NCBI RefSeq assembly: GCF_036321535.1
Contig: NC_087437.1
Span: 71,054,001 to 71,118,000 of the forward strand
DNA from: Camelus dromedarius
Taxonomy: Eukaryota
Direction: 5' to 3'
Length of the DNA: 64,000 nucleotides
Of the stretch, positions 50,366 to 62,517 are shown in pieces (the first letter of the stretch is position 1; each line of letters starts with the position of its first letter). Below the pieces are notes generated by a model, which made no database searches, was not told the DNA's origin, and saw only the letters and a list, made by a program, of their open reading frames with translations. Made by a program: the position numbers and the translations under genes.

Positions 50366-52439
50366 AATTGAACTGCCTGCGACTTTGGAGTCTGGTCGGG
50401 GATGCTGTTCTCCTTCACCAGACCCTAGCTCAAGCCTCACTCCTAGGCACTGTCACACCCAAGTCAATTTCCAGCTTCTCTGGAAAGTCTTCCCAGTCCA
50501 CTCAGTTGGTGGGCTTTCTCTCTTCCTCATACACAGCTCTATCTGAAGGGTTCATTTGAATTTGATTATCCCACCTTGAGTCCTCTGCCTTGAAGCCTCC
50601 TGCTTAGTCCCGTTAAACTCTTCCCTTGCTTCTTAGCTGAGGGCCTGTGCATGTTCTACCCACCCAAACACACATTTTTGTGCCTTCCATGAAACAGTGC
50701 AATGAATGTAGCATAAACTCAGTAACTGGCTGTTGAATGAATTTTCTTAACTGGCTATCAGGTAAAATTAGCATAACATGAGGCGAAGTTGTGTAGAACA
50801 GGGCCAACGACAAATGAGGTCAAAACGCAGACTTCAGAGCATTTCCTCAGATCCACATGGATTCCCTCTTGGTGTAATGGTCCATGCTTCCCATGGCCCA
50901 TTCATTGGTTTTTCTCTGTGCATAGTTATTTTCTCTCTTTTTCCCTCTCTGGATTGCATTCTGTGCTCCAAAGGCAATGCTCTGCATGGACTGGGATAAA
51001 ATAACTGAGGACAGGCCTATATGGCCAGCGGGCAGCCAGCCAGAAACTGCAGCTTGAATGACATTTTTTTTTTGCTTGGCAAAAAAAGAGTTGCTTTACC
51101 ACCCTGGAGCTCAAACACCAGTTCACCTGGTTGGTGAAGGCTTCTTGCTGTTTTACTGAAATTATACTCCTGAAAACTCATACAGTAGTCGTTCCCCTAG
51201 CGTCTGGTTTGTAATACTAGCTCTTTCCAAAGTATGTAAAAGAGCTAAAGTAACGTTTTAAGAAGTGAATTTTCAAAAAAGATCAGCAACTCCACAGGTG
51301 ACTCCGGCTTCTTTCCCCATCTGCTGTGACAGCAGGTGTGATTTCACAAGCCCACTCCCATCAATCATCCTCTCCAACCTGTCTCTGGTGCCTGACAAGG
51401 TGTTTATGTGCATAGCATGGAAACCATCAATAGATCTTGCAAACAAGTAAGGCTGCCTTTCACAGTCCTCCGAAGGAAGACTTCCATGGAAACCTGGGTG
51501 CTGGGTTCAGGTGGGTGATTTATTTAACCACTACAGTCTTACGTCCTTCCAGAAGCTGCAAACTCAAAGCCCTTCGGGGCAACTGGGTAGCCCTGAAAGT
51601 AGAAAGTGTGAAATGACAGAGCTGAGAAAACTACGGCCAGAATGGACAGTGCCTGCTCTCTCTAAAAAACATTTGCATTCACTTTACATAAAAATGTGCT
51701 GGCTAAACCCAAGTTAAATGTGACCGGGCACAACGTGGCCACCAGTTTTCAATCTCTTTGCCTCTATTAAGTACGTACCCTAGCCTGAGGCCCAAGCACT
51801 GATGCTTTCCAAAGAATCTTAGAATTCATAAAATTATGGACAGTTAGGGCTGGAAATGATCTTAGAACTTATTTTTTCCAACTTCATCTTTCCAAGTGAA
51901 AGAACTGGAGGCCAAAAGTTGATAAACCAGTCAAATGGCACACAGCAAGCACATAGCAGAGACAAAGCTCTAGTCTCCAAGTCTGATGATTTTTCAGCTA
52001 CTTGCCATCACTTTTCCTGTGTGTTAGTAACAACCTTACACTTCATGTTTGCTTAATATAAATATCAGTTTAAAGCTTTATCACAGTGATATTAATAACA
52101 GTAAAAGATTCAAAAGATAGACGCTGGATTAAAATGTTATGTCAACTCAGGATGACATGACTAAATAACTAAAAGGGAATTTAGTCATTAAATATAACAG
52201 TAATATAAAATGTAAACATATATTACTCACAATTTCTTTACATAATAAACAATGACTACAAAATTAAGATTTCAGCTATGTAAAAGTAGGTGTGCGTGTG
52301 GACAAAGATAAATAAAATTTGCAAAATGAAATTAATTTGAGTGGCATGATTATTGTTATTCTTTTTAAAATCATTTTAATGCTGTAATGATATTCCTTAT
52401 AGCATTTTAGATTATTCTCTTTAACATGGGGGTTCATTT

Positions 52440-52950
52440 AATCTCAAGGGTAGCCATTTGCCACTTTCTACCTTCTTCCTTGTTAGCAAAACCTCATGTT
52501 TTATTCAGTTATCCAAGCTTTTCCCTGTGACTCAGGAGAATATCCTGATAAATCTGTCAATAGCAGTGTTTCCATTCCCTTTGCTAGTGATTGGTTCAAG
52601 CATGGACATATGATATAAATCTGGCAAATGAAACATAAAGAGAATTTGGTGTGGAACTGCTTGGAATGGGTTTCCTAATCTCAAAAGCAGGTCTCTTCAC
52701 TTCTGGATGTTGTTGTAGAAATATGAACACCTGGAGCTGCTGCAGCTATCATGTGACCATTAGGCAAGCCAGCCTGAGAACAAGACCTGTATGCTGAGAT
52801 TGGCAGAGCAGAAAGATAAAAATGATCCCTAATTAATTAGTGTAAAGTCACCTACTTCTGCACATCTTACAAGAGATAATCAACTCCTTAACATTTAATT
52901 CAGTTGAGAAAAGGGTTTTCTGTTGTTTGTCAAAGCCCCAGCCAAAACAA
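52440..52950 (+). mobile_element. ERVL/MaLR LTR (LTR16-like)
   Basis: agtgattggttcaagcatggacatatga, cctggagctgctgcagctatcatgtgacca, ggcagagcagaaagat. Confidence 0.65.
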
Positions 52951-54132
52951 TAAACTTGATTCTGTCCCTTATATTTTAGGAAGCACACTGGGATACCTTT
53001 GTGGAGAGAGGAGCATACCCCATATTTTCTTCTTTCCTCTTCCTAAGGCATAGGCAGCATGACTACATTGAAATTCTCTAGTATCTCATTTCAGGGCTGT
53101 AATCAGGATGGGTACAAGCACAATCCATGTGCCTGAGCTACCAGTTATGGGTCCACTAAGTACCCTAATGTTACCAGAAACTGATGACCATCAGCACTTT
53201 AATATGGCATCCTTGAAATAGTTATAACATCCATAGGACAATTGAAAGCCAGTTTGGGAAAGAAACCCTCTCTTAAGAGAAAATAAGATAGGAAAGAGGA
53301 GGAAATGAGCATTTCTAGGACTAGGAATGCCATCCCAATAAATCTGAATTTTTAAAAGTTCCCCCAGGAGTTCTAGTGACACCAAATACCCGTGTTTAGA
53401 TGCTAATATTTGTCCTCTTCAAACCAGCTACTTTGTAATAGTCTGTCATTTTTCTTTACTCTGGGAATGACTGTATTTCAATCATGGCAGTGAACTAGGA
53501 TATCTGGACATCAATGACAAGTTTGCAAAGGGACTGTGGAGGGGACAAAAGCTACCACTGAATGCAAGATTATTATTAACATACAAAGTTCTACAAGTCC
53601 TGTCTACTGGGGAGAACTGAACTTTTGAGGATTAGAAAAATGTAGCCCATAGAGAGTGGACTGCAAATATACTTTATACATGCTGAGAATCTTGAAAAAA
53701 TCAGATATGAAGATAAAGGAGCTCCTTTGTGCTCTAGGGCAGGGATCAAACTATTACAAAGGCACTTACCCAAGACAGGCATGGTGTGTGAACACTCCAA
53801 CCTCAGTTTATGACAACAGTAATCATAGTCATTTCTAATCTTAGAGAACATTTCCTCCTGAGAAAGGGTTTAAAACTATATTTTTACAAAATAAACATCT
53901 GTTTTTCATATATATATGCAGGTAACTGCAAAAAAGAAAAGCAGAACCTAGTCTATAATAGAATGTTGTCAACTATGAAAAAGTTAAAGAACCTCTCCTG
54001 TCCCTCCATCTTATTCCCCATAATGTCCCTCACCCATTAATGAAAATAGTTGAAATATGCCTCACCCAGTCTAGAGTTTCTCAGCCCCTTTTGGGCTCCC
54101 AGATTCTTGCTTTCCCAGCTATTTCTACTTCT

Positions 54133-54253
54133 TCTTCTTCTTGAGGTATTAGGTTTATTCATTTCTTTATGTTTGGAGGAGGTATGGGGGATTGAACCCA
54201 GGACCTCGTGCATGCTAAGCATGCGCTTTACCACTTGAGCTATACCCTCCTCC
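54133..54253 (-). mobile_element. Vic-1-like camelid SINE with perfect 14-bp TSD
   Basis: ggggattgaacccaggacctcgtgcatgctaagcatgcgctttaccacttgagctataccctcc; TSD ctatttctacttct at 54119-54132 and 54254-54267. Confidence 0.95.
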
Positions 54254-54437
54254 CTATTTCTACTTCTGTCACAACATTTCTCCTCCATCTCCCTCATCTC
54301 CCCCCCACCCCACCCCCGACACACACACATACAGCCTCCTGATTCCCAGGGAAGCAATAAAAACAAGTGGAAACCAAATAATATGCTCTTCATGTAGTGT
54401 CTATAACTGCATCTCTTTTAAGGGTTTGTTCTTTAGA

Positions 54438-54605
54438 CTAGTGTGTCTCAAATTTTAATGAATAACCTGAGCATCTTGTAAAGATGCAGATTCTAGATTC
54501 AGCAAGTCTGGGGTCGTACTCAAGATTTTCCATTTCTAACAACTTCCTAAGTGAAGCTATTATTGCTGCTCCTGGTACATGGCCCACACTTTGAGTAACA
54601 CAGTT
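54438..54605. mobile_element. MER5A-like hAT MITE
   Basis: atgcagattctagattcagcaagtctgggg...atttctaacaacttcc...ccacactttgagtaacac. Confidence 0.8.
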
Positions 54606-54760
54606 TTATAAAATCGGTACCTAAAAGCATATGAGATTCAAACAAAACACACTAAATAATTATATGGCGATTGCTTCAAAATGTGATGGGACTTGATAGA
54701 ATTTGAGATGTGTTCCTTTGAACACTAAGTATGACAAGTTCTAGAAAGACTGAATCTCAG

Positions 54761-55295
54761 TGTAATACTTACTGCTATACAATGAAAGTATTGGCTTAAA
54801 ACAGTATCAAACATTTATTGTGCTCATGAATCTGAAATTTGGGCAGAGCTTTGCAGAGATAGCTTATCTCGCTCTACATGGCATCAACTGGAGGCTGGAG
54901 GAGCCACTTACAAAATGACTCTCATGCCTGGCAAGTGGATACTGGCTTTCAGCTGAAAGCTCAGCCAGGGCTGTGGGACAACTGTCTCGATTCCCCACCA
55001 TGTAAACCCCTGCAGGGGCTACCCGGGCTTTCTCACAGCATGGTGACTGAGTTCCAAGAGCAAGTGTCTCAAGAGAACAAAATGGAAGTAAATGGCATTT
55101 TCAGGGCCTGACGTTGGAAATCACATAGCATCACCTCTGCCACATTCTATTAGTCAAGGCAGTTACAAAGGCCTACCAGATTCAAGAAGAGAGACATAGA
55201 CTCCACCTCTTGATGGTGGAGTGGCAAGGTTCCAGGAGAGCGTGAAGGATGGGTGATATCATTGTGATCATCTTTAGGAGATACAACCTGCCATA
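54761..55295 (-). mobile_element. Old MaLR LTR (MLT1G/H-like)
   Basis: ggcttaaaacag...aatttgggcagagc...catagcatcacctctgccacattctattagtcaaggcagttacaaagg...tacaacctgccata. Confidence 0.8.
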
Positions 55296-57351
55296 CTCAT
55301 CAACCCAAAGTCCTTTCTAAACAAATGACAAAGTAATTAAGATACAAATTTCTCTATTTCTAGCCCACACCCAATCCCATTTCTTCCCCAATATATACAT
55401 GTATTTGGGGGAAGAAAAAAGAAATAGAATATTGAGGAGGGGGGATGAGAAAAAGGTAAAGGAATGAAAGATTATCTGATGGAGGGTAGGAAAAACAGGA
55501 AGAAAATAGGTGGACAAATGAAGATGGAAGCATAAAAAGAAAGTAACCTGCAAGCACACAGAAAAGTTGATGCAAACATAAGACAATGTCACTTATTTAC
55601 TTCCTTCTTAATCTATTTGTAAAAGAGTGGAGAGGGTACTAATCTGATTGGTTGGGAAGCTTCCTCTGTAACTTGTTGCTATTCTCTTGTAAAAGATAGA
55701 CTGGAGCCCAGTACTAGACAATAATAAATAAGTTGAGCTATTTTTCTCTTTCAATAAATTTATTACAGCAGCAGAGTGAGTTCAAACATAAAACCTAAGG
55801 CTTTCTCATCTATGGGAAGACTACAGTGTTATCAGCGAGCAATGGGGGTTGGCTTGGGAAGAAGCAACCATATTGCTTGGTCCACTTACTGTATTTGCCA
55901 AATTATATTTGCAATCTACAACGTGAGGCCTGAATCCAGTGAAAAGCACAGCAAAGGGCTATTCTTTGATAGTATTCATGCAATTTAAGATCATTACGAT
56001 AATCAAATCTATCAGCTCACAGTAAGAAATGCTAGTCATGTTGATACAAGGAAACAAAATGTCCCTCTGTTCATTCAGGGTCCTGAAAATTGGCTCCCCA
56101 CACAGCCTCATTTGGTCTCCATACAGTCCTGCTGAGTGTGAGCTCTGTGGCAGTTTAAAGCAATGTGAGAAAGTCACGTTTCACTCAATGTTTGGTGCTG
56201 AAGGCAAGATTCCTGTGATGAAACCAAAGAACTGCTACCTCGGAGCAGCATTTCAAAGACTAGAAGGTAATATATCACACCAATTCTCTTTCAAACAAAA
56301 CCACTGAGCCTGCCCATGTATCAGAAACCCATCACCTCTCAACTCTGGCTCTAAACCTCCCAGCTCAGGTTCAAAGGATAGACTTCCCTGATGAAGCAGG
56401 TTTGACTGGCACAGGAGAATGTTCCAGTCATGCTATTGAGATGGGCTCCTGGAAGGAAAATGAAGAGAATGATCTGTATTTTTCTTGATTTCTGCCCAAG
56501 CATGTCTGTTCTGTAGGCGTTCTGGAGTCCTTCCCTCAAGGCAGATCTCAAAATCTTCAATGTCAACCATGAATAAGAGTTCCATTTACTTGAAAGAATG
56601 AAACTTGTTCAGTGTTGTATGAATGAAAAGTGTTAGACTAAAAGGAGCAATTGCTGATCTTCACCTACACTGCTGTTCTGAGAGAAAGGACCCCCCTCAT
56701 TCACCATTCCCTTCCCATCTCCAAGGCAGTCAGGGAATCTACCAGAGAGACAGCTGAGTGGAGACTGAGTTGGCTGCCTAGATGTGTGACTTTGTGCACA
56801 TCAGTTAATTTCTCTATCTGTTGCTCCTGCATAGAATTAGAATAAGACTTTATCCCTCTTTCTCGTCCTTTGAACTTTGCCAAAGAAGGCATTACAAAAA
56901 TGCTGAGGAAAATTTTGCCCACCACATTTATATGTCCTCTGTGAGGATACATCACATACTCTCAACACTGAAGGTTTAGAAATATGAGCTTTCCTGCTTC
57001 ATTCATGCATTATCAGGCAGAGTTATCATCAAATGGTAAAGAAAATAAACATAGGATACTCAAAGTGGAACCATGATGCTGAAAATGAGCAATTAAGGCC
57101 CTGAGTTCTTCAATATGACTCTGCTTAATTCTACTCACACTCTCTGCTTTTGCATATCTGGCAGGCCAAACCTTGACAGTGCATATCTTCTTGGTCCTCA
57201 AATCCAAGGAAAGAAGACTCTGGGGATTTACATTCAAGCTGGGAGCTCCAGTTTTAGGGCATGCTCAATATAGTTATGCCACATATCGGTACATTTATGC
57301 CCCATAAATCATGAGCAACCTTGAATATGTCACCTGACCTCACTAAACCTC

Positions 57352-57738
57352 GGTATTAGTTTGCTAGGGTTTACACAGCAAAATCCCACAGACTGGGTGG
57401 CTTAAACAACACAAATTAATTTTCTCACAATCCTGGAGGCTAGAAGTTCAAAATCAACTTGTTGGCAAGTTTAGTTTCTCCTAAGGACTCTCTTCTTGGC
57501 TTGCAGAACGCTACCTCCTTGCTGTGTCCTCACGTGCATGGCCTTTCCTCTGTATGTGTCACCCCGGTGTCTCCCCCTCTTCTTATAAGGACACCAGTCA
57601 GACTGGATAAGGGCATACCGTAACAGCCTCATTTTTACTTGATAACTTCTTTAAAGGCCTTATCTCCAAATATAATCACATTCTGAGGTTAAGGCTTCAA
57701 CATATGCATTTAGGAGGCATACAATTCAACCCAAAATA
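57352..57738 (-). mobile_element. MLT1B-like solo LTR nested in a MIR, 5-bp TSD
   Basis: cacagactgggtggcttaaacaac...tcttataaggacaccagtca...atctccaaatataatcacattctgagg; TSD acctc at 57347-57351 and 57739-57743. Confidence 0.9.
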
Positions 57739-57927
57739 ACCTCTGTAGAAATGGGCATCAGGAGGATTTATGTAAGATGTAGATGGGAACATGAATTAGA
57801 AAATGCCTCATAAATTGTAAGTCACCATAACAATATTGTATCATTGATATCATCATTTTTGTCATCATAACTCTTACTCTCTATGACATATTGTCAGTCT
57901 CCCAGGAAATCTATGTTTTCCACCTTT

Positions 57928-58190
57928 GGGAGAAATGTAGCATAGCAGTTAAGAGAACATGCTCCAGAATTAAGATGTCTAGATCCAAATTCTGGCTCTA
58001 GCTAACTACTTGTTAGCTGTGTGACTTTCAGAAATAATTTCAACTTCTCTAAGCTTCTATTATCCTATATATAAATTATAGATGTAAAAGCAGTACCTAC
58101 CTTTTAGGGTTGTTGAAAGATTAAAAGAGAGAATGCGTTAAAATGACTGGCTAATAGAATGTGCTCAATAAATGATAGCTGTTATTAATA
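57928..58190 (+). mobile_element. Near full-length MIR
   Basis: tgtagcatagcagttaagagaa...tagctgtgtgact...agtacctaccttttagggttgttg...gtgctcaataaatgatagctgttatt. Confidence 0.9.
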
Positions 58191-59009
58191 GCAGTATTTA
58201 GACCATGTTGCTGCTGCTTTTCTCAGCCAGAAGAGGTCTCCATCATTGTCAGACTAGGACTAGCTTCCCCAGGACAGTCTGCCCTGCAGCTGCCAAGCAA
58301 ATGGACTACTGGCAGAGAAAGTGGTGAAAGAATTACCACACTTTCTGAAGGAAGGAGAAGAAATCAAAAACAAGAGAGTAGGGAATAGTTAGGATTCTAT
58401 GGTTAAATATTATAAGAGAAGGTGCCCATGAATGAAGATTGTCTAAATTCTACTGTTGCCTCAGAGACTGACTTTCACAGACATTGCCCTTCATTGCATC
58501 TCCCTTTAGCCAGGTCTAAAGTTAAATGAAGAAATAATAGTCACATGTATCTCAGAGGAGCAGTAAGAATGAATTGGCCAATATTTTTGTAAAGTTCTCT
58601 GAAAACAAGGAGTCCTGTTAAATAAACCTTTAACATTTCTCACAGTATCAAGCTTATTTAATCTTTATCACTAGTTATACTTCATGCCTCAGTTTTGCAC
58701 CCACTGTAATATATTTCCTTTAACGTTACTTTCCAAGACAGGCTTACACCTCCAAGTTCAATTACTCTGTCAATTGTGTTTTAAATTGTACTGATTTCTA
58801 TTAACCACTTGTATCAATTTGTTGATCTGTTCCTTCTTCTATACCAATCATCTTTACACCCACCAAAAGCCGGAATGAGAATTAAACTGAGGAAGGTGAA
58901 AATTATTCAAGAGAAATTAAAGTATAGAAGTAAAGACAATGGAAAAACTGGGATTCAAAAGAGCACTGAAGGGGAAACACACATGTACTAAAAAGCATAG
59001 CACCGAGCA

Positions 59010-59405
59010 CATAGAGGCAGAGGGAAGAGAGGAGAGCGAGGTAGAAAACGGATCCTGCTTCTGCCTGCCACAACTCTCTTTCAGCACCAAGGACAGAGCC
59101 TCTGAAGGGCTGACCCAAGCAACACTCAGTTAGGGTCCCTCCCAAATCCTCTAGAGAAAACGATGCATTCAAAAGCAGCTATGAAACATGCAGTAAGGTC
59201 TAATAGGGAAGCTGGAAGAGCAGCATACAAGTGATTTCACCTTAGAGGCAAAAATGGGTGATTTTCTTTCTGCTTATTTTCACAGCTTCTGTGTCCTGGG
59301 AAAGGTAAAGTTTGCTTTGCTTGGGTATGTCTGCTGTCAGTAAATGGCTGCAGGACCTGAGGTGCTAAACCCCACGGTCTCCAGAAACCAGAAGAAATTT
59401 CCAGG
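59010..59405 (+). other. DRD3: DRD3 (dopamine D3 receptor) first, annotated non-coding exon; 5' boundary approximate
   Basis: gcagctatgaaacatgcagtaaggtctaatagggaagctgga...gtttgctttgcttgggtatgtctgctgtcagtaaatggctgcagga...ggtctccagaaaccagaagaaa matches the human DRD3 5' UTR as I recall it; consensus donor AGG|GTAAGT at 59405/59406; correct order and orientation relative to ZNF80. Confidence 0.8.
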
Positions 59406-60149
59406 GTAAGTAATTTCTCTTTCTGTTTCTAATTTAAAACACAGTGTTTTTCTGACAGGTTATTTAATCAGCTTGGGGTTCCGTGGTTCTCTAAGAATAC
59501 GCATTAAAACTCTGTACCCTCTCTTATTTAAAAACCTGAACCCCTAAGGAAACTGTGTTCATTTTCTCCTTATTTTCTGGTCAGTAGAAACCTGTTCTCT
59601 TTCTCTTTTTTTCCCCAAAATTAGATCCTCATGGGCTCTAGAATCTATATTTAGGCAGAATTAAAAGGTGGAAAATCAAAAAGCTGTTTCTATTCCTGGG
59701 ATTTGTAAAAAAGTTGATTGTTTTCCTCTTAAGGGTTTTACTTAATTGAAAGGGTCTCTTATTTTAAACTCCCCAATTCAGCACCCTGGTAATCCAGGGC
59801 TGAGGGTTTGGAGAGGAACTGTTTTCCATGGTCTATTTTAAGTCAGGCTGTTTCCAAGTCAGAATCCAATTGTTCCCAACAGAGATATACAGTACTTGAG
59901 ATGATGATTGTGTATATTTTCTTTAATGATGGCATATGATTTTGAAGGTACTGTTGTTTAATTGGGGGACTTTCATTACTTAATGTAGCTTATTGGATCA
60001 ATGGAAGTTGTTGCAATTAGGCATTTGTTCCAGTTCATGCCTTTAGCTTAATCAAATACTATCAGAATGAATGCACAGTAATAATGCAGCAATAGCAAAG
60101 TGCAACTTGGATTCTAAACTCATTCTGCATGCCTGTTTGCACTTTACAG

Positions 60150-60202
60150 GTGAAGCCCTTTGCTAACTGACACTAAAAGGTCAGTAAAATGTCTGTACTT
60201 GG
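60150..60202 (+). other. DRD3: Candidate 53-nt alternative 5' exon of DRD3
   Basis: acceptor ctgtttgcactttacag| and donor TGG|gtaaga in repeat-free sequence; no transcript evidence available. Confidence 0.4.
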
Positions 60203-61004
60203 GTAAGAGTGAAAAATCGCTGCTTGACACAACATTGGATCCTTTGTAGCCAAAGAGAAGCAGATACAATATGAAAAAGATTCTTACTTAGACACTTGTT
60301 TATTTATAGTTTGAACATTTTCAAGGGTCTGCTTGGCTAGCACTGTATAGGGGTGTTGAGCAAGAAAAATATTGGCAGTTTCCAAATGAATGTCTGATAT
60401 TAAAGCATCTATACAGAAGGTTGCTTTTTATGGAATATGAATTAAAGAAAATATCAAGCAGATTTTACCCAATATTAAATTCAATTTCTAATGTGTTGAA
60501 GTTTGTTATCAATTAATATTTGCTTATTGATTGATTGACTAATCTGCTGAGCTCCCCATTTTATCTCTGAATAGAATGGTAGGATGATCAGATATTAGAA
60601 TTTGTGATGGAAAGTGGGGATGCTCCACTTTATTGGGCAAGTTTAATTAAGGAAAAAAAAAACTATATTACTTAGCTACTGGATCTCAGTAACCATCTCT
60701 AATTTTTCTCTATACATTGGCCCAATATAAATGTGCCCAAATATATAAATATGCTGTGTATTTCAATGCACTTGTGAATTTTCACTCAGAAAATAAACTA
60801 GACAGCAATTTTCAAGAATAAAGTGACATAGAAATGCTAAAGACTACCTCTAATAATAATGACAATGTAACTCCCACTGTTTCTATGTGCAGTGTGCACC
60901 TGCATTGACTTCATTGAGCTTGGTCAGGTGACATGCACAAGATATTCTGAAAAAGCAAGGTTTTAAAATTAGTCCCCATTTCAAGTTTCTTTCCCTCACC
61001 CCAA

Positions 61005-61220
61005 TAATGGAGAAGTGAAGAACATGGAGCTCTGGAAACAGACAGATCTTGGGTTGAATCACTTTCATAATTACTGGTGTATGACCTCAGCAGGATACTT
61101 AACCTTTCTTATTTTCTTCGTCTGCAAAAATGGGGATAATAGCACCTATTTCCTTCATCAGGTTTTTGTGAGGTTTAAATAAGATAATGCTTTTAAATGT
61201 TAGCTATAATCATCCATTTT
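61005..61220 (+). mobile_element. MIR SINE
   Basis: gaacatggagctctggaaacagacagatcttgggttgaatc...tctgcaaaaatggggataatagcacctat. Confidence 0.85.
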
Positions 61221-61459
61221 TTTCAGGCAATACAGCAAGTCTGCTCTGAAGCCCAGAGCCAGAAAAGCTCTGGAGACTAGAGGTCAGGATATAACTGAGT
61301 GAAAAGCTAGAGACGGCAAAAGACAGGGATCTATGATATAGCTAACTGGTCTTGCAACTCTGCTATCAAGGTGTTTTGTTCTGGGTTTAGGAGAAATCAT
61401 TTCTATCTAGAAATGACTGCCCACCTCAACTTCCACCCCAGCATAGACACAATAAATAA

Positions 61460-61650
61460 GTCCCAAGCTTTGGATTTAGGGAGCCACAAGACCAAAGCTG
61501 GGCTCAATGTAGCTCCCTGCATACTGTGTAATCTTGGGAAAGTTACAGACCTTCTGTCTTAGTTTTTTAATCTGTAAAAGAAAGATATCAATAACCACCT
61601 TCAGAGTTACTATAAACATTAACCCAAGGTCACGTCTGTAAAGTATTAGT
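61460..61650 (+). mobile_element. MIR fragment
   Basis: ctgtgtaatcttgggaaagttacagaccttctgtcttagttttttaatctgtaaaa. Confidence 0.7.
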
Positions 61651-62317
61651 GCCAGGAGTGGGAGTGACTAGTGTCTTCAAAAGGAGTTTGAAGAACCCAA
61701 GGTGTTTTTGTTTTTCTTGTTTGTTTTTTTGGCTTAACTCAATTTCCTTAAGGAAAGAGAACAAATAATTAAAACCCTGTAAGTCATAATGAATATCTTC
61801 CCAACAAACTCAGTGGGAGCCTGAAACGGAACCAGAAGCCCAAACAAGGCAACTCACAGCTGTTCCAGGCAGACTCTAGGTCCACACCAAGGGACTGAGT
61901 ATCAGCAAAGCAGGATGTGTGTCACAGAGGATGGGGGCCTGACCACACTCTGTCCCTCTGCTTTTTATTAGATCATGCACTCAGTTTAAGAGATGCTAGA
62001 ATAAACTGTAAAGACCAAGATAAGTCAATACTTTGTAAGAAACTCAAAGGTTCATGAAAATTTGTCAGTAATGTTCTATGTAATGATTCTTAAAAGAGTA
62101 AGACCAGCAGTAATCTTCTAGTCTTTAGTTTCTCCACTTTCTCACCTCTCACCCACTCTTCACTAATGCTCTTTGCCAAGGTCATCAGTAATCTTTTAAT
62201 TTTCAAGTCCATTAGACAGTCTGCAGTTGTAGTTTATTTGACCCCTTCACCTATCCCCACTTGCCCTTTAACAATAAAAGCTACATTTCAAGTGCTCTGT
62301 GCCAGACATTCTGTTTG

Positions 62318-62517
62318 AGCCATGATTCTCAACGGGAAGAGCAATGTTGGCCCACAGGGAACATTTGATGGTGTCTGGAGACATTTTTTATTGTCACAAT
62401 TTAGGAGAAGGGGAGCGCTACTGGCATCCAGTGAGTGATGTGCTAAATATCCTGCAAAGCACAGGCCAGCCCCCCACAGCAAAGAACTATTCAGCCGTGG
62501 CTGTCAATAGTGCCAAG
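62318..62517. mobile_element. MER20 hAT element nested in an antisense MIR
   Basis: gtctggagacatttttattgtcacaa...gctactggcatccagtg...cccccacagcaaagaactattcagcc...tgtcaatagtgccaag. Confidence 0.85.
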
